Shown in pieces: positions 10,762-20,547 of a DNA stretch of 64,000 bases. Both the position numbers and the translations under genes were made by a program. The stretch is from Calditrichaceae bacterium (GTDB taxonomy: Bacteria > Calditrichota > Calditrichia > Calditrichales > JBFXGD01). The notes under the pieces were generated by a model, which ran no database searches, had not been told where the DNA came from, and was given only the letters and a program-made list of their open reading frames with translations. Each line of letters starts with the position of its first letter. Within the stretch, counting starts at the first letter, position 1. The DNA lies in assembly GCA_050173015.1 (NCBI GenBank), contig JBFXLE010000001.1, positions 279,077 to 343,076 of the forward strand, written 5' to 3'.

Positions 10762-11988
10762 ATGTATACATTAGCGCGATTTAATGAATATTTGCTTATG
10801 AGCTGGACCGCTCTAAAAAGCCATAAGTTACGTTCATTTCTGACTACTCTCGGTATTCTTATTGGTGTGACCACAATTATTACTATCTGGACGACAATCG
10901 AAGGATTAAATGACTATGTCAACGGGGAATTGTCCAATATCGGTTCTTCAACTGTTTATATCGAGAAATGGCCCTGGGTTATTCAGGGGGATTTCTGGCG
11001 CTACCGTAACCGTAAAAATGTAACATACGACGAGTACGAAGGGGTCAAAAAATACAGTACATTGGCAGATTATGTATCCCCTGAAGTTTTTTCCGCGAAA
11101 ACAGTCAGTTACAGAACTGAAAGGTACGAAGGTATTTTTGTCATCGGATCGACAAATGACTACATGGTGACATCAAATGTCTATCCGGAAGTAGGAAGAT
11201 TTTTAACTGAATTGGATGTGCGGAACAATATACCGGTATGCGTTTTGGGGAGTGAGCTGGCCGATAAATTATTCAAGGACGAAAACCCGATTGGAAGACG
11301 CATTACGATCGATTCGGATAAATATAAGGTGGTTGGAATTTTAGAAAAAAAGGGCAGTTTCTTTGGTCAGAGTATGGACAGCTATGTCATTGTTCCGATC
11401 GGAACATTCAGAAGGGTGTTCGGAGGTCACAGGGGATTGCGTATCACGGTGATGACCGATAATCCGGAAAGACTGGATGATCTTAAGGAAGAATTACGCG
11501 GGGTCATGCGCCGTGTGAGAAAAATTCCACCGGCAGATGAAGATAATTTTTCGATCAATCAGATGGATATGCTGACCAATCTTTATAAGCAGCTGACAAG
11601 TACCCTGTTTGGTATTGTTTTTGTTGTGGCGTTAATATCACTTTTGGTTGGCGGAATCGGAATTATGAATATCATGCTTGTCAGTGTAACGGAACGAACG
11701 CGTGAAATTGGTATCCGGAAAGCCGTTGGCGCCAAGAGAAAGAATATTCTTGGTCAGTTTCTTTTTGAAGCTGTCGCCATCTCATCTATTGGCGGTATCA
11801 TAGGGCTTGTTTTTGGATTCATCGGAGGGTCACTGGTGCTGTCGCAAATGAATCTTACTTCCGGAGTCAGTTTAAGCGCCATACTGATAGGATTTGGGTT
11901 TTCAGTGATTGTCGGTGTAACTTCCGGGTTTTATCCGGCGTATAAAGCATCAAAACTAAATCCGATTGATTCTCTGAGATATGAATAA
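10762..11988 (+). CDS. ABC transporter permease (MacB/FtsX-type)
   Basis: LRSFLTTLGILIG, GGIGIMNIMLVSVTERTREIGIRKAVGA, PIDSLRYE. Confidence 0.93.
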   Translation: MYTLARFNEYLLMSWTALKSHKLRSFLTTLGILIGVTTIITIWTTIEGLNDYVNGELSNIGSSTVYIEKWPWVIQGDFWRYRNRKNVTYDEYEGVKKYSTLADYVSPEVFSAKTVSYRTERYEGIFVIGSTNDYMVTSNVYPEVGRFLTELDVRNNIPVCVLGSELADKLFKDENPIGRRITIDSDKYKVVGILEKKGSFFGQSMDSYVIVPIGTFRRVFGGHRGLRITVMTDNPERLDDLKEELRGVMRRVRKIPPADEDNFSINQMDMLTNLYKQLTSTLFGIVFVVALISLLVGGIGIMNIMLVSVTERTREIGIRKAVGAKRKNILGQFLFEAVAISSIGGIIGLVFGFIGGSLVLSQMNLTSGVSLSAILIGFGFSVIVGVTSGFYPAYKASKLNPIDSLRYE

Positions 11989-12008
11989 ATTAATCTTGCA
12001 GGCAGATA

Positions 12009-13241
12009 ATGGTTATAAATGAAAATTTACGCATAGCGCTGACACAGCTCAGATCAAGCAAAATGAGAGCAATTTTGACCACGCTTGGTATCACTATCGG
12101 TATCGGCACGGTTATTTTTATTGTATCTATTTTAGAGGGGTACAATCTTTCTATAACCCAGGAACTTAATATGCTGGGAGCGAATACATTTCAGGTACAA
12201 AAACAGGACGTTTTCGGGGGGATTCAGGTTGGACACGGACGAAAAGAAAAATTCCGTAAAGATTTAAATAAAGAGCTGGCGGAGGCGATCAGAGAAAATT
12301 GCGATCTCGTGGAATCGGCCGGCGCGGAAGTCTGGCAGTTTGGTTTGGCCATTCATTATAAAGACAAAAAAACAAATCCCAATTTGCGTGTTGCCGGAGG
12401 GGAGCCTGAGTTCTTTCCAAATAACGGATATTATATCCAGGACGGCCGGGCACTAACCCGTGAGGATGTGGCTGCCAGCAGCCGCCTTATCGTGCTCGGT
12501 ATGGACGCAATAGATGTTTTGTTTCCATTCGAGGACCCGGTGGGTAAAATTGTAAAAGTTAATGGTACAAAATTTCAGGTGATTGGCATTCTGGAGAAAC
12601 TGGGGAATTCAACTTTCGGGGAGAGCCGTGATAATACTATGGTCATTCCCATTACTACATTTGAAAATTTATGGGGCAAAGAAAGATCGGTCAATATAAC
12701 CGTCAGCGTTAAAGATCCGCTGCTTTTCGAAGAAGCGCAGAGCCAGGTAATCGGAGTAATGCGCAAAGAAAGAAAAGTACCGCCGGGTGAAGAGAATGAC
12801 TTTGCCGTGTTTTCAAATGAAACACTGGTTGATTCCTTCCAAAATATTGCTTCCAAAATTAAGATTGTAGCCATATTACTTGGAATGGTCTCGCTTTTAG
12901 TGGGCAGTATCGGAGTGATGAATATTATGCTCGTAACCGTAACGGAACGTACGCGCGAAATCGGCATCAGAAAAGCGGTTGGGGCAAAAAAAATCACAAT
13001 ACTGGCTCAATTTCTAAACGAATCCATTGTTTTATCTATTATCGGCGGAATTATTGGCATGGCATTCGGATTTGGTCTCGCGGGCGGACTTAGCGCTATT
13101 CTGAAAATTCCTTTCGCCGTCCCCTTGTGGGTGGTTGTAAGTTCAATCGCCGTCACGACTTTTGTAGGACTGGTCGCGGGAATTTACCCGGCCGCGCGGG
13201 CCGCGAGTATGGATCCAATCAATGCTCTCAGATATGAATAA
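12009..13241 (+). CDS. ABC transporter permease (MacB/FtsX-type), second paralog
   Basis: IGVMNIMLVTVTERTREIGIRKAVGA, PINALRYE. Confidence 0.93.
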   Translation: MVINENLRIALTQLRSSKMRAILTTLGITIGIGTVIFIVSILEGYNLSITQELNMLGANTFQVQKQDVFGGIQVGHGRKEKFRKDLNKELAEAIRENCDLVESAGAEVWQFGLAIHYKDKKTNPNLRVAGGEPEFFPNNGYYIQDGRALTREDVAASSRLIVLGMDAIDVLFPFEDPVGKIVKVNGTKFQVIGILEKLGNSTFGESRDNTMVIPITTFENLWGKERSVNITVSVKDPLLFEEAQSQVIGVMRKERKVPPGEENDFAVFSNETLVDSFQNIASKIKIVAILLGMVSLLVGSIGVMNIMLVTVTERTREIGIRKAVGAKKITILAQFLNESIVLSIIGGIIGMAFGFGLAGGLSAILKIPFAVPLWVVVSSIAVTTFVGLVAGIYPAARAASMDPINALRYE

Positions 13242-13268
13242 TCCGTTTTACGAGTCCAGAATATAAGG

Positions 13269-14669
13269 TCACTGCCCGGATTTTATATTAAACATATTTT
13301 GAACACCGTATCCCGCCAAACTGACCATCAATCCCGGGAAGAACGGCTCAAGTCCGAATGGATAATCGGGCTGGCCATCTAATGTATTCACTTGGCCGAG
13401 TACAAAAAAAACAAGAGCCACCGCAAAACTCAGACTCATGACAAGCATAGTCGCGTTGGAACTTATTCGCCAACGCGGAAAATAAGCCGTTACCAAAGGT
13501 AAAAGCAACGGTGGAATAAACAGGCTCCCCAGATTGTACCAGATTTCAATGACCGATGGCATCAAAAATATCAGAATTAAGGAAATAACCGCGGTTATAA
13601 TCAAGCCGATTCTTGTATAAAGTGTGACTCTTTCATCACTGTTATCATCATTCCATTTCCAGATAATATCCCTTCCAAATGTAAGAGCGGACAGAAACGT
13701 ATAACTGTCAACGGTTGACATGATAATCGCAAGCAGCCCCATAAAGAATATGCCCTGAAAAACAGGCGGCAGCAGATGCTGCGCGAGCATGGGATAAGCG
13801 GTCAGCGGATCAATTCCCGGTAAAAGAACAAACGCGTATAAGCCTGTCAGCATCGTCAGCATATCAAAAATAAACCAGAAACCGATGGAAATAAAAATTC
13901 CTTTTTTCGCGGTACCCGGTGTTCTTGCCGCGGCGCATCTTTGATGAAATCCCGGATCAATGAATGTCCAGCTTGCAATCAGAAACCAGACAATAAGACT
14001 TTGAACCGACAGACCCCCCGTCACGTTTTTATGTGGGGCGTCCAGGTGAGAAACCAATTTTTCTAAAGGCATTCCATCGGTGAATGCATAAAAGGCCAGC
14101 AGCAAAAAGCCGGTGAACATTAGAATGAACTGAAGTTTGTCGGTCTGAACGACCGACCGGAATCCACCCCAGTAAACATAAATGATAGAAAATAATGTGC
14201 CGGCGACGGTGCTTACAATAAAGGAAAGGTGAAACAAATGCTGGAGAAGCGCAGCTACCATTAAAATATACGGCGCCGGAGTAGTCATTATTACCAGAAA
14301 GAGGCTCCCCAATATTCCGGCAGGGCGGTTATATGTATTGTATAGCATATCCGGAATGGAATAATTATTGGCGCTTCTGATTTTAGGAGCCAGGAAAAAA
14401 GCAAATAATCCGGCAAAAATATAATATGGCAATCCAAAAACAATCCAGGCGGAAATCCCAAATGAATACACAAACTCACCCACACCCAAAATGCCGCCGT
14501 ACCAGGTGGTCACCAGTGTGGCGACGAACGCGGGGACGCTTAAAGAACGGCCACTTAGCAGAAACTCATCGGAATCGGCGTTCCTTCGATACGATTTGAA
14601 TCCGATGACCAGCAATAATAAAATATATATAATTACAGGAATCAGAATTGGGAGATTAAGTTCATTCAT
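13269..14669 (-). CDS. sodium:solute symporter (SSS) family protein, probably thiamine or precursor uptake
   Basis: FLLSGRSL, WGGFRSVVQTDKLQF, QRCAAARTP, AIIMSTVDS; last gene of the TPP-riboswitch operon. Confidence 0.85.
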   Translation of the reverse strand: MNELNLPILIPVIIYILLLLVIGFKSYRRNADSDEFLLSGRSLSVPAFVATLVTTWYGGILGVGEFVYSFGISAWIVFGLPYYIFAGLFAFFLAPKIRSANNYSIPDMLYNTYNRPAGILGSLFLVIMTTPAPYILMVAALLQHLFHLSFIVSTVAGTLFSIIYVYWGGFRSVVQTDKLQFILMFTGFLLLAFYAFTDGMPLEKLVSHLDAPHKNVTGGLSVQSLIVWFLIASWTFIDPGFHQRCAAARTPGTAKKGIFISIGFWFIFDMLTMLTGLYAFVLLPGIDPLTAYPMLAQHLLPPVFQGIFFMGLLAIIMSTVDSYTFLSALTFGRDIIWKWNDDNSDERVTLYTRIGLIITAVISLILIFLMPSVIEIWYNLGSLFIPPLLLPLVTAYFPRWRISSNATMLVMSLSFAVALVFFVLGQVNTLDGQPDYPFGLEPFFPGLMVSLAGYGVQNMFNIKSGQ

Positions 14670-15297
14670 TATTCAGCATTTCATATAAAAACAGCTTGCC
14701 GGAATCGAAAGAAACATGCCCGACTTCTTTTTCATAAACATTACTGACACCGATAAATGAATCAGGAAAAGATTTCCCTTCCACCGGATATCTGAAGCCG
14801 TCTAACACCAGGTTTTTAATCGGATTTAAAGAAAACATAGAAACAATCATACCAATTCTACCCCGAAGCGAATGATTTCCAGGGGAAAGCAGGCTCATTC
14901 TTCCATAATTATCATAGATCACCAGAGGAACGCTGGTTTCGTATTCCTGAAAAAGAAGAATATTCGCGATAGTATGGTCAATCCGTTTACCGAAAGAAGA
15001 AAAAATCTTTATCAGAACAGGGGAAAGCGAAATGGCAAATTCAATCGATTTTTGCATATCTGTCGAATTCTGATCAGGTCTCAAAATAAATTCTGATTCA
15101 GAAAATGTGTTTTTGAGCTCATCGGAAATGGAATCCATATCGCCGACGATATAATCGGGATGAATATCGAGCTCACGGCATAAAAGCGCTCCCCCGTCGG
15201 CGGCAATGATCACCGAAGCATCCTTCAGATTATCACGTGACCAATCCGTGGTGAGGCTTTCGCCGTTAGCGATGATTGCAATGATTTTTCCTGCCAA
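14662..15297 (-). CDS. thiN: thiamine diphosphokinase
   Basis: AADGGA, GDMDSI, DQNSTD, GKRIDH, GFRYP, GVSN. Confidence 0.92.
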   Translation of the reverse strand: MAGKIIAIIANGESLTTDWSRDNLKDASVIIAADGGALLCRELDIHPDYIVGDMDSISDELKNTFSESEFILRPDQNSTDMQKSIEFAISLSPVLIKIFSSFGKRIDHTIANILLFQEYETSVPLVIYDNYGRMSLLSPGNHSLRGRIGMIVSMFSLNPIKNLVLDGFRYPVEGKSFPDSFIGVSNVYEKEVGHVSFDSGKLFLYEMLNNE

Positions 15298-15316
15298 TTG
15301 ACTGTTCCTGTTTTAG

Positions 15317-17851
15317 TTATAATTCAACCTGTATCGTCGTATAATAATTTCGGCCGGCGGCGGGATAATAATAATTAACATCGGACCAGCTATCATAATA
15401 CCCCGCTGTCTCGTATTCTTCGTCAAACAGATTATTAATCTTTAATGTCAGGCGAAATCCCGGGAAGCGCGATGATTTCGGAAACCGGTAAGAAAACATG
15501 GCATTCGCTGTGGTAAACGGATCTATTCTCCGTGATTCATTCTCTGTGTTATCCAGAAATTGTTTGCCCACATGCTGAATGGATAAGGATGATGTTAAAT
15601 TTCGAATATCGGCCGAAATTTTAATATTACCGATTAATTCAGGAAATCCGGCAATAGTTTTATCTTTAAAATCAACCGGAGTTGTTTCACCTGTTTCCCA
15701 GTCATATTCATTTTGTGTGAAATTCCCAAAATAATTCTGGCTAAACGCCAAATTACCTCCCATGGTAAAGTATTTACCGAGAGCCGCGTTCGCGGAAAAT
15801 TCAATTCCCCTGTGAATCGTGCTTTCCGCGTTACCCTTTATCGGGAATCCGTCTTTATCGACTCCGCCAAGCGGAATAATTTCATTACGGAAATCCATCC
15901 AGTAAATATTTATAGCAGCTGACAGGACCGATGACCGGTAGCCGATACCAAACTCATAATCCAGCAATTCCTCGGGGTCAATATAAGGATCATCCCATTC
16001 TACTTTTGTCACATTCCCGTTGACCCGGACAGTGTCACTTTTCGCGAATAATGGCGCTACTCCAAGGTCATCGGGACCGGCAAAGGCATCGTAAAGATCG
16101 TCATCCGAAGGCTCGCGTTGCGAGTAGGATACATTACCGTATAAATGAATCTTGTCATTAATCAGATAGGTGACGCCGATCCTCGGGCTCAAAAAATGGT
16201 AATCAAGCGAATAGGTGTTAATTTTATCGCCCTGAAACAGCGCGGTAGGCTGCTGTTCAAAATTCTGATTTTTATATTCATAAAGAAGATTACTCATAAT
16301 ATTTATTTTGGGTGAATAGTGGTAAAGATAATTATAGAAAGCGGAAAGATTTACCCTGTCACCTCTATATTCGTAATATTTACGGTCCGGATCATATTCA
16401 GACGGGATATTTTTAGCCCAGATTACTTTTCCGAAATGATGACTGTCAAATGTATAGCCGGACACTCCCATTGTAAGATCACCGGAATCGAGTTTCCAGT
16501 CGGTTTTGCTGATGAGGCCGTATTGATTTTTTTGCACCCATTTCTGCCTTACCAGGTCTGTAGAATTGACCGTATAGTATCCTTCATCTCTGACCAATTT
16601 GCCGTTATGGGATTCGTAATAGTCCAGCGAATCCGCGCCAAATAGAGCCGGATCTGCTGTCAGATAAGGCGTCATGCCAAAAGCGGATAAATCTTTATTA
16701 ACCTTATAATTTTCATAATATCCCTCACCCCGTATATAATAGGCTATGTTTTTCCATTCAAGTCTTTCTGAAAGCCGCCATTCATTACTAATTTCATAGT
16801 GAGGTTGGTTAAAGTCATCCACATCATTCTTGTACGCGGATGCTTTATATTTTCGATCATTTTTGAGAATAGCTTCGGGCACTCCGTCCCAATCCGGATG
16901 GGTTCTTTCCGGCCCGCCGTAAATATTGATTTTTGTAACCATGTTTTCATCATAGCGGGCGGCGCCGATAAAATAGGCCCACAAATCAGAAGCAGAATTA
17001 TCTCTGAATCCGTCGGAAGTAATTTTGGAGAACCGGCCGTAAAAGGAATAGGTCTCAGCCACAATACCCGATTTATATTCAGCCGAGAACTTACGTGTGT
17101 TATAGCTTCCGTAACCATATTGGGCGGAAATGTTGCGTTCTCCGGTAAATTGAGATGTATTGATGTTGATGGAGCCGCCGAATGTTGATGATCCGTAAAC
17201 GCTGCTTCCAACACCGCGCTGTACCTGTATATCCTGAATACTTTCAGCCAGATCGGGCATATCGACCCAGTAAACCTGATGGTCTTCAGGATCGTTCAGG
17301 GGGATATCATTAATCATTACGCCGATTCTTTTCTGGTCAAATCCTCTTATCTTTATAAATGAATACCCGAGAGCATCACCGGTAAGTGAATACGAAAAAG
17401 TATTGGGAAGTTCACTCAGCATCATCGGAATGTCGCTTGCGGTATAATTGTCTTCGATTTCGGCTCTCGTCACATTGCTGAAAGTGACAGGTGTTTCGCG
17501 TTCCCTGGCTCGGGTTCCGGAAATGACAATGGTTTGTCCATCGAGAATTTCAGGTTGCAAATTAAAAATTATTCCGTTTAACGGTTTGTCTGAGATATTG
17601 AGCCGTTTTTTTGCCGGGGTATAACCCAGGTAAGACGCGGATAGCATGTACGCGCCTTTTTCAGGGAGCGTCAGGTTAAAATATCCGGAATCATCGCTGG
17701 AGGCGCCAATGGACATCCCTTCCACCAGAATATTGGCGCCAATCAAGGGTTCTCCGGTTTGGGCATCCTGAATATAGCCGGTAATTTGGACAGGTTGACT
17801 GTAAAGATAAGTAAAACTAAGTAGTAGAATGATAATCCTGGTGAATTTCAC
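15317..17851 (-). CDS. TonB-dependent receptor, probably for thiamine
   Basis: signal peptide, CarboxypepD-like N-domain, plug (IRGFDQKRI..INDIPLND.ED, QRGVGSS), NNLFDEEY C-terminus; GTG start with AAGGAGG; downstream of TPP riboswitch. Confidence 0.9.
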   Translation of the reverse strand: MKFTRIIILLLSFTYLYSQPVQITGYIQDAQTGEPLIGANILVEGMSIGASSDDSGYFNLTLPEKGAYMLSASYLGYTPAKKRLNISDKPLNGIIFNLQPEILDGQTIVISGTRARERETPVTFSNVTRAEIEDNYTASDIPMMLSELPNTFSYSLTGDALGYSFIKIRGFDQKRIGVMINDIPLNDPEDHQVYWVDMPDLAESIQDIQVQRGVGSSVYGSSTFGGSININTSQFTGERNISAQYGYGSYNTRKFSAEYKSGIVAETYSFYGRFSKITSDGFRDNSASDLWAYFIGAARYDENMVTKINIYGGPERTHPDWDGVPEAILKNDRKYKASAYKNDVDDFNQPHYEISNEWRLSERLEWKNIAYYIRGEGYYENYKVNKDLSAFGMTPYLTADPALFGADSLDYYESHNGKLVRDEGYYTVNSTDLVRQKWVQKNQYGLISKTDWKLDSGDLTMGVSGYTFDSHHFGKVIWAKNIPSEYDPDRKYYEYRGDRVNLSAFYNYLYHYSPKINIMSNLLYEYKNQNFEQQPTALFQGDKINTYSLDYHFLSPRIGVTYLINDKIHLYGNVSYSQREPSDDDLYDAFAGPDDLGVAPLFAKSDTVRVNGNVTKVEWDDPYIDPEELLDYEFGIGYRSSVLSAAINIYWMDFRNEIIPLGGVDKDGFPIKGNAESTIHRGIEFSANAALGKYFTMGGNLAFSQNYFGNFTQNEYDWETGETTPVDFKDKTIAGFPELIGNIKISADIRNLTSSLSIQHVGKQFLDNTENESRRIDPFTTANAMFSYRFPKSSRFPGFRLTLKINNLFDEEYETAGYYDSWSDVNYYYPAAGRNYYTTIQVEL

Positions 17852-17855
17852 TCGA

Positions 17856-17890
17856 ACCTCCTTAACAAGAATGAAATTTTTTAAAGAGGT
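17856..17890 (-). promoter_or_regulatory. anti-SD/SD sequestering hairpin (riboswitch expression platform)
   Basis: minus strand ACCTCTTTAA pairs with TTAAGGAGGT (9 Watson-Crick pairs + 1 G-U) and covers the RBS. Confidence 0.65.
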
Positions 17891-17943
17891 CCGTTCCTGA
17901 TTTGAAGGAATTAAATGGATTAGAAAGAAGAAAAACTATCTCT

Positions 17944-18023
17944 CGTTTTCCTTCGCCGGTATTATCCGGATCAGGTTCAAAGGGTTTGTTCTCAGTCCCC
18001 AGTTTTAGGGAACACCCCCAACG
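17944..18023 (-). ncRNA. TPP (THI-box) riboswitch
   Basis: minus strand CGTTGGGGGTG..CTGAGA..ACCCTTTGAACCTGATCCGGATAATACCGGCGAAGGAAAACG contains all conserved TPP aptamer blocks. Confidence 0.95.
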
Positions 18024-18031
18024 GACGCGAT

Positions 18032-18060
18032 AATATATTACTCTTTTAATGGAATGTCAA
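18032..18060 (-). promoter_or_regulatory. sigma70-type promoter of the thiamine operon
   Basis: TTGACA-N17-TATATT ending 8 nt before the riboswitch. Confidence 0.75.
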
Positions 18061-18098
18061 ATACCAAGGGTGGTTTCTGACCTACGGTATTTGGAGAA

Positions 18099-18545
18099 TT
18101 ATTCAGAATTTTTTAATTGATCTTTCATCGCCCGAATTTCTTTCAGACGCGCTTCAATTTCTTTTTCAAGATGATCAATCTGATTTTCCAGTTCAATCTT
18201 TCCTTTTTTCACCGGCTCATGTCTGGTTTGTTCAGACAGATCATTGACGGCATTCTGAAGAAGGTCAATCTGATTCCGGATATTTTTAATGTCATCAAGC
18301 AGGACCTGTAATGTCTCATGAGATTTAAGCCCGTCAATATTGTTCTCCATCAAAAAGGGATATACTGTCTCTCCCAGGAGCGCCATTTTTTTCTCAAGAG
18401 CAACCTTATATTGGTGCAGCTCGAATTTGATCTTCGCTAATTTGCTTAATTCTTCAGCTATGTCACGTAAATTGCTGGCATTTTTGCGAACCGTGTCATA
18501 GCTATCTTCAATTGATTTTTTTAACTTATCGATAAAATCGGTCAT
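18099..18545 (-). CDS. hypothetical coiled-coil protein
   Basis: 148 aa charged, helical heptad-rich ORF with GGAG RBS. Confidence 0.7.
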   Translation of the reverse strand: MTDFIDKLKKSIEDSYDTVRKNASNLRDIAEELSKLAKIKFELHQYKVALEKKMALLGETVYPFLMENNIDGLKSHETLQVLLDDIKNIRNQIDLLQNAVNDLSEQTRHEPVKKGKIELENQIDHLEKEIEARLKEIRAMKDQLKNSE

Positions 18546-18756
18546 ATTTTCTCCACTTATCTAAAATTAAAATGATTTACCGGATATAAATGAATGCTAA
18601 AGACTGTTATATAGCATCAAACAAAAATTCACGCTTTTGATTGATCATAGAATAAAGAAAATTTTTATCTTGTTCAATTAATAATTAATATTAGTTATAC
18701 TTTATATATGATTCGCCCGTTCAAAAAGTAATTCTTATAACACGGAGATTCCATCA

Positions 18757-20532
18757 ATGCAGTCCATAAAATCTGTTTTGGTTGTTGAGGATGATGAAGC
18801 TATACGTTTAGCTATGTCGCGTATTCTTGACTTGACAGGTGAATATGAAGTTATTTTGGCTGAAGACGGTAAAGTCGCGTTAAAAAAAATGGAAAATTTT
18901 GTTCCTGATATGGTCATATCAGATATCAGTATGCCGGAGATGGATGGTATCGAGTTATGCAGGAAAATACGGGGGAATGAGATCACCAGGACTCTGCCAT
19001 TTGTTTTCCTGACCGCTAAAAAGGAATTATTAGTAGAAGGAATGAAAGCCGGCGGCGATGATTTCATCAACAAACCGTTTAAGGTTGATGAAGTACTTGC
19101 AAAAATTGAAGCTATTTTTAGAAGGGTCGAAAATTCCAGACAGCAGGCCAATGAAATTAAGGGAAATCTCTCGGAGTACGCTTTTGAAGATATACTTGAA
19201 TTGTGCCATCGTGAGAGTATCAGCGGTGAACTTACACTTCAAAAAAGCGGGGAAACGGGGATTATAAAACTCGAACGAGGCGATATAACAAATATTCAAT
19301 ATAAGGGGCTGGCAGATGATGAAGCCCTGGATATTCTGAGGGGGTGGGGAACTGGTATCTTTGTCATCAGGACCGGCGGGATGAAGCTGAAGTCGGGTTT
19401 TAAATTGTATAAACCGGATGAACACGATTTAACCGAACCCGTTCAAATTGCCAGGAACACATGGTGGATAGGATACCGGAATCCTGATACGCTGCTTCAG
19501 ATGAATGTATATCTGCGGCAATTTCCGAGCGGTGAAAAAAAAATCAATTATCTGATCGATCCCGGCGCGCCGGTTGATTTTCCTGTTATCTCAGAAAAAA
19601 TTTCGAAATTGGTAGGGAGTATTTCTCATATACATTTATACAGTCTGAATAATCCGGATCCGGATGTGTGTATGAACAGCATGTTTATAAGAAAAGCAAA
19701 CAGAAAGGCGATTTGTCTGACAACTGAGGATAACTGGCGGTTGATCTCACATTATGAAATTAATCCGCAGAGCGTTAAGCTTACAAATACGTTTAAGGAC
19801 TGGAAAATGTCTTTAACAACCGGGCATGACATACAATTTATACCGGCTCCGTTTGCGCCCGGGAAAGGGGCCTTTCTTATTTATGACTTAAACTCCCGCG
19901 TGCTTTTTACGGGGGATTTGTTTGGAGGAATCAGTGACGCGGGAAGAATAAATACACTGTACGCGGGAGACGAAGACTGGGAGGGAATCAGGGCATTCCA
20001 CCAGTTTCACATGCCGGGTCGCAGAGCGATATCCCAAGTTCTGGATGAGATAAAGACGCTCAATCCTGCGCCTCTTATGATCGCGCCGCAGCATGGTAAT
20101 ATTATTAGAGGTTCGCTGCTAAATGAATTCCTGGAACGTCTCTACTATCTTGATGTCGGCGTGGATCTGATTGGCAAAGAGAGCAAATCACCGATTGCGG
20201 AATTATGTATGGAAGCATCAAACGAGTTAATTGAAGAAGCGCTCTCGTTTATGACCAAAGAACGGATTATATCCAAGCTGAATTCAAATGCAAAATTGAA
20301 TTCCATCTGCACATTTAGGGATGGATTGATCGAAAAAATACACAACAGCCCTGATCTTGTTTTTGGAGAATTAAGTATGAGTCTCATTGAAAACGAACCC
20401 ATCACGACAATGAATCACTTAAAATCACTTGCATTGAAAATTGCGTTTGCCAAAGGCCTGCAGGCTCCGTCTCTGGATTGGGAAGGTACGGAAACCACAC
20501 TAAAAAAATTACCTGATCATTTTTTTGATTAA
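18757..20532 (+). CDS. response regulator: REC + DUF4388/PATAN-like + ODP-like MBL-fold domain (degenerate metal site)
   Basis: VEDD / SDISMPEMDG / LTAK / KPF receiver; KGNLSE..EDILEL..SGEL..GDI DUF4388-like; LIDPG, PDPDVC, TGDLFGG, FHQ.HMP, IAPQHG MBL/ODP-like. Confidence 0.8.
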   Translation: MQSIKSVLVVEDDEAIRLAMSRILDLTGEYEVILAEDGKVALKKMENFVPDMVISDISMPEMDGIELCRKIRGNEITRTLPFVFLTAKKELLVEGMKAGGDDFINKPFKVDEVLAKIEAIFRRVENSRQQANEIKGNLSEYAFEDILELCHRESISGELTLQKSGETGIIKLERGDITNIQYKGLADDEALDILRGWGTGIFVIRTGGMKLKSGFKLYKPDEHDLTEPVQIARNTWWIGYRNPDTLLQMNVYLRQFPSGEKKINYLIDPGAPVDFPVISEKISKLVGSISHIHLYSLNNPDPDVCMNSMFIRKANRKAICLTTEDNWRLISHYEINPQSVKLTNTFKDWKMSLTTGHDIQFIPAPFAPGKGAFLIYDLNSRVLFTGDLFGGISDAGRINTLYAGDEDWEGIRAFHQFHMPGRRAISQVLDEIKTLNPAPLMIAPQHGNIIRGSLLNEFLERLYYLDVGVDLIGKESKSPIAELCMEASNELIEEALSFMTKERIISKLNSNAKLNSICTFRDGLIEKIHNSPDLVFGELSMSLIENEPITTMNHLKSLALKIAFAKGLQAPSLDWEGTETTLKKLPDHFFD

Positions 20533-20547
20533 TATGGGAGAACTGAT

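Noticed and set aside
18679-18693. Fur-box-like 7-1-7 palindrome TAATAAT-T-AATATTA upstream of the ODP-like regulator
   Set aside because: Pure A/T sequence in a very AT-rich intergenic region; easily arises by chance
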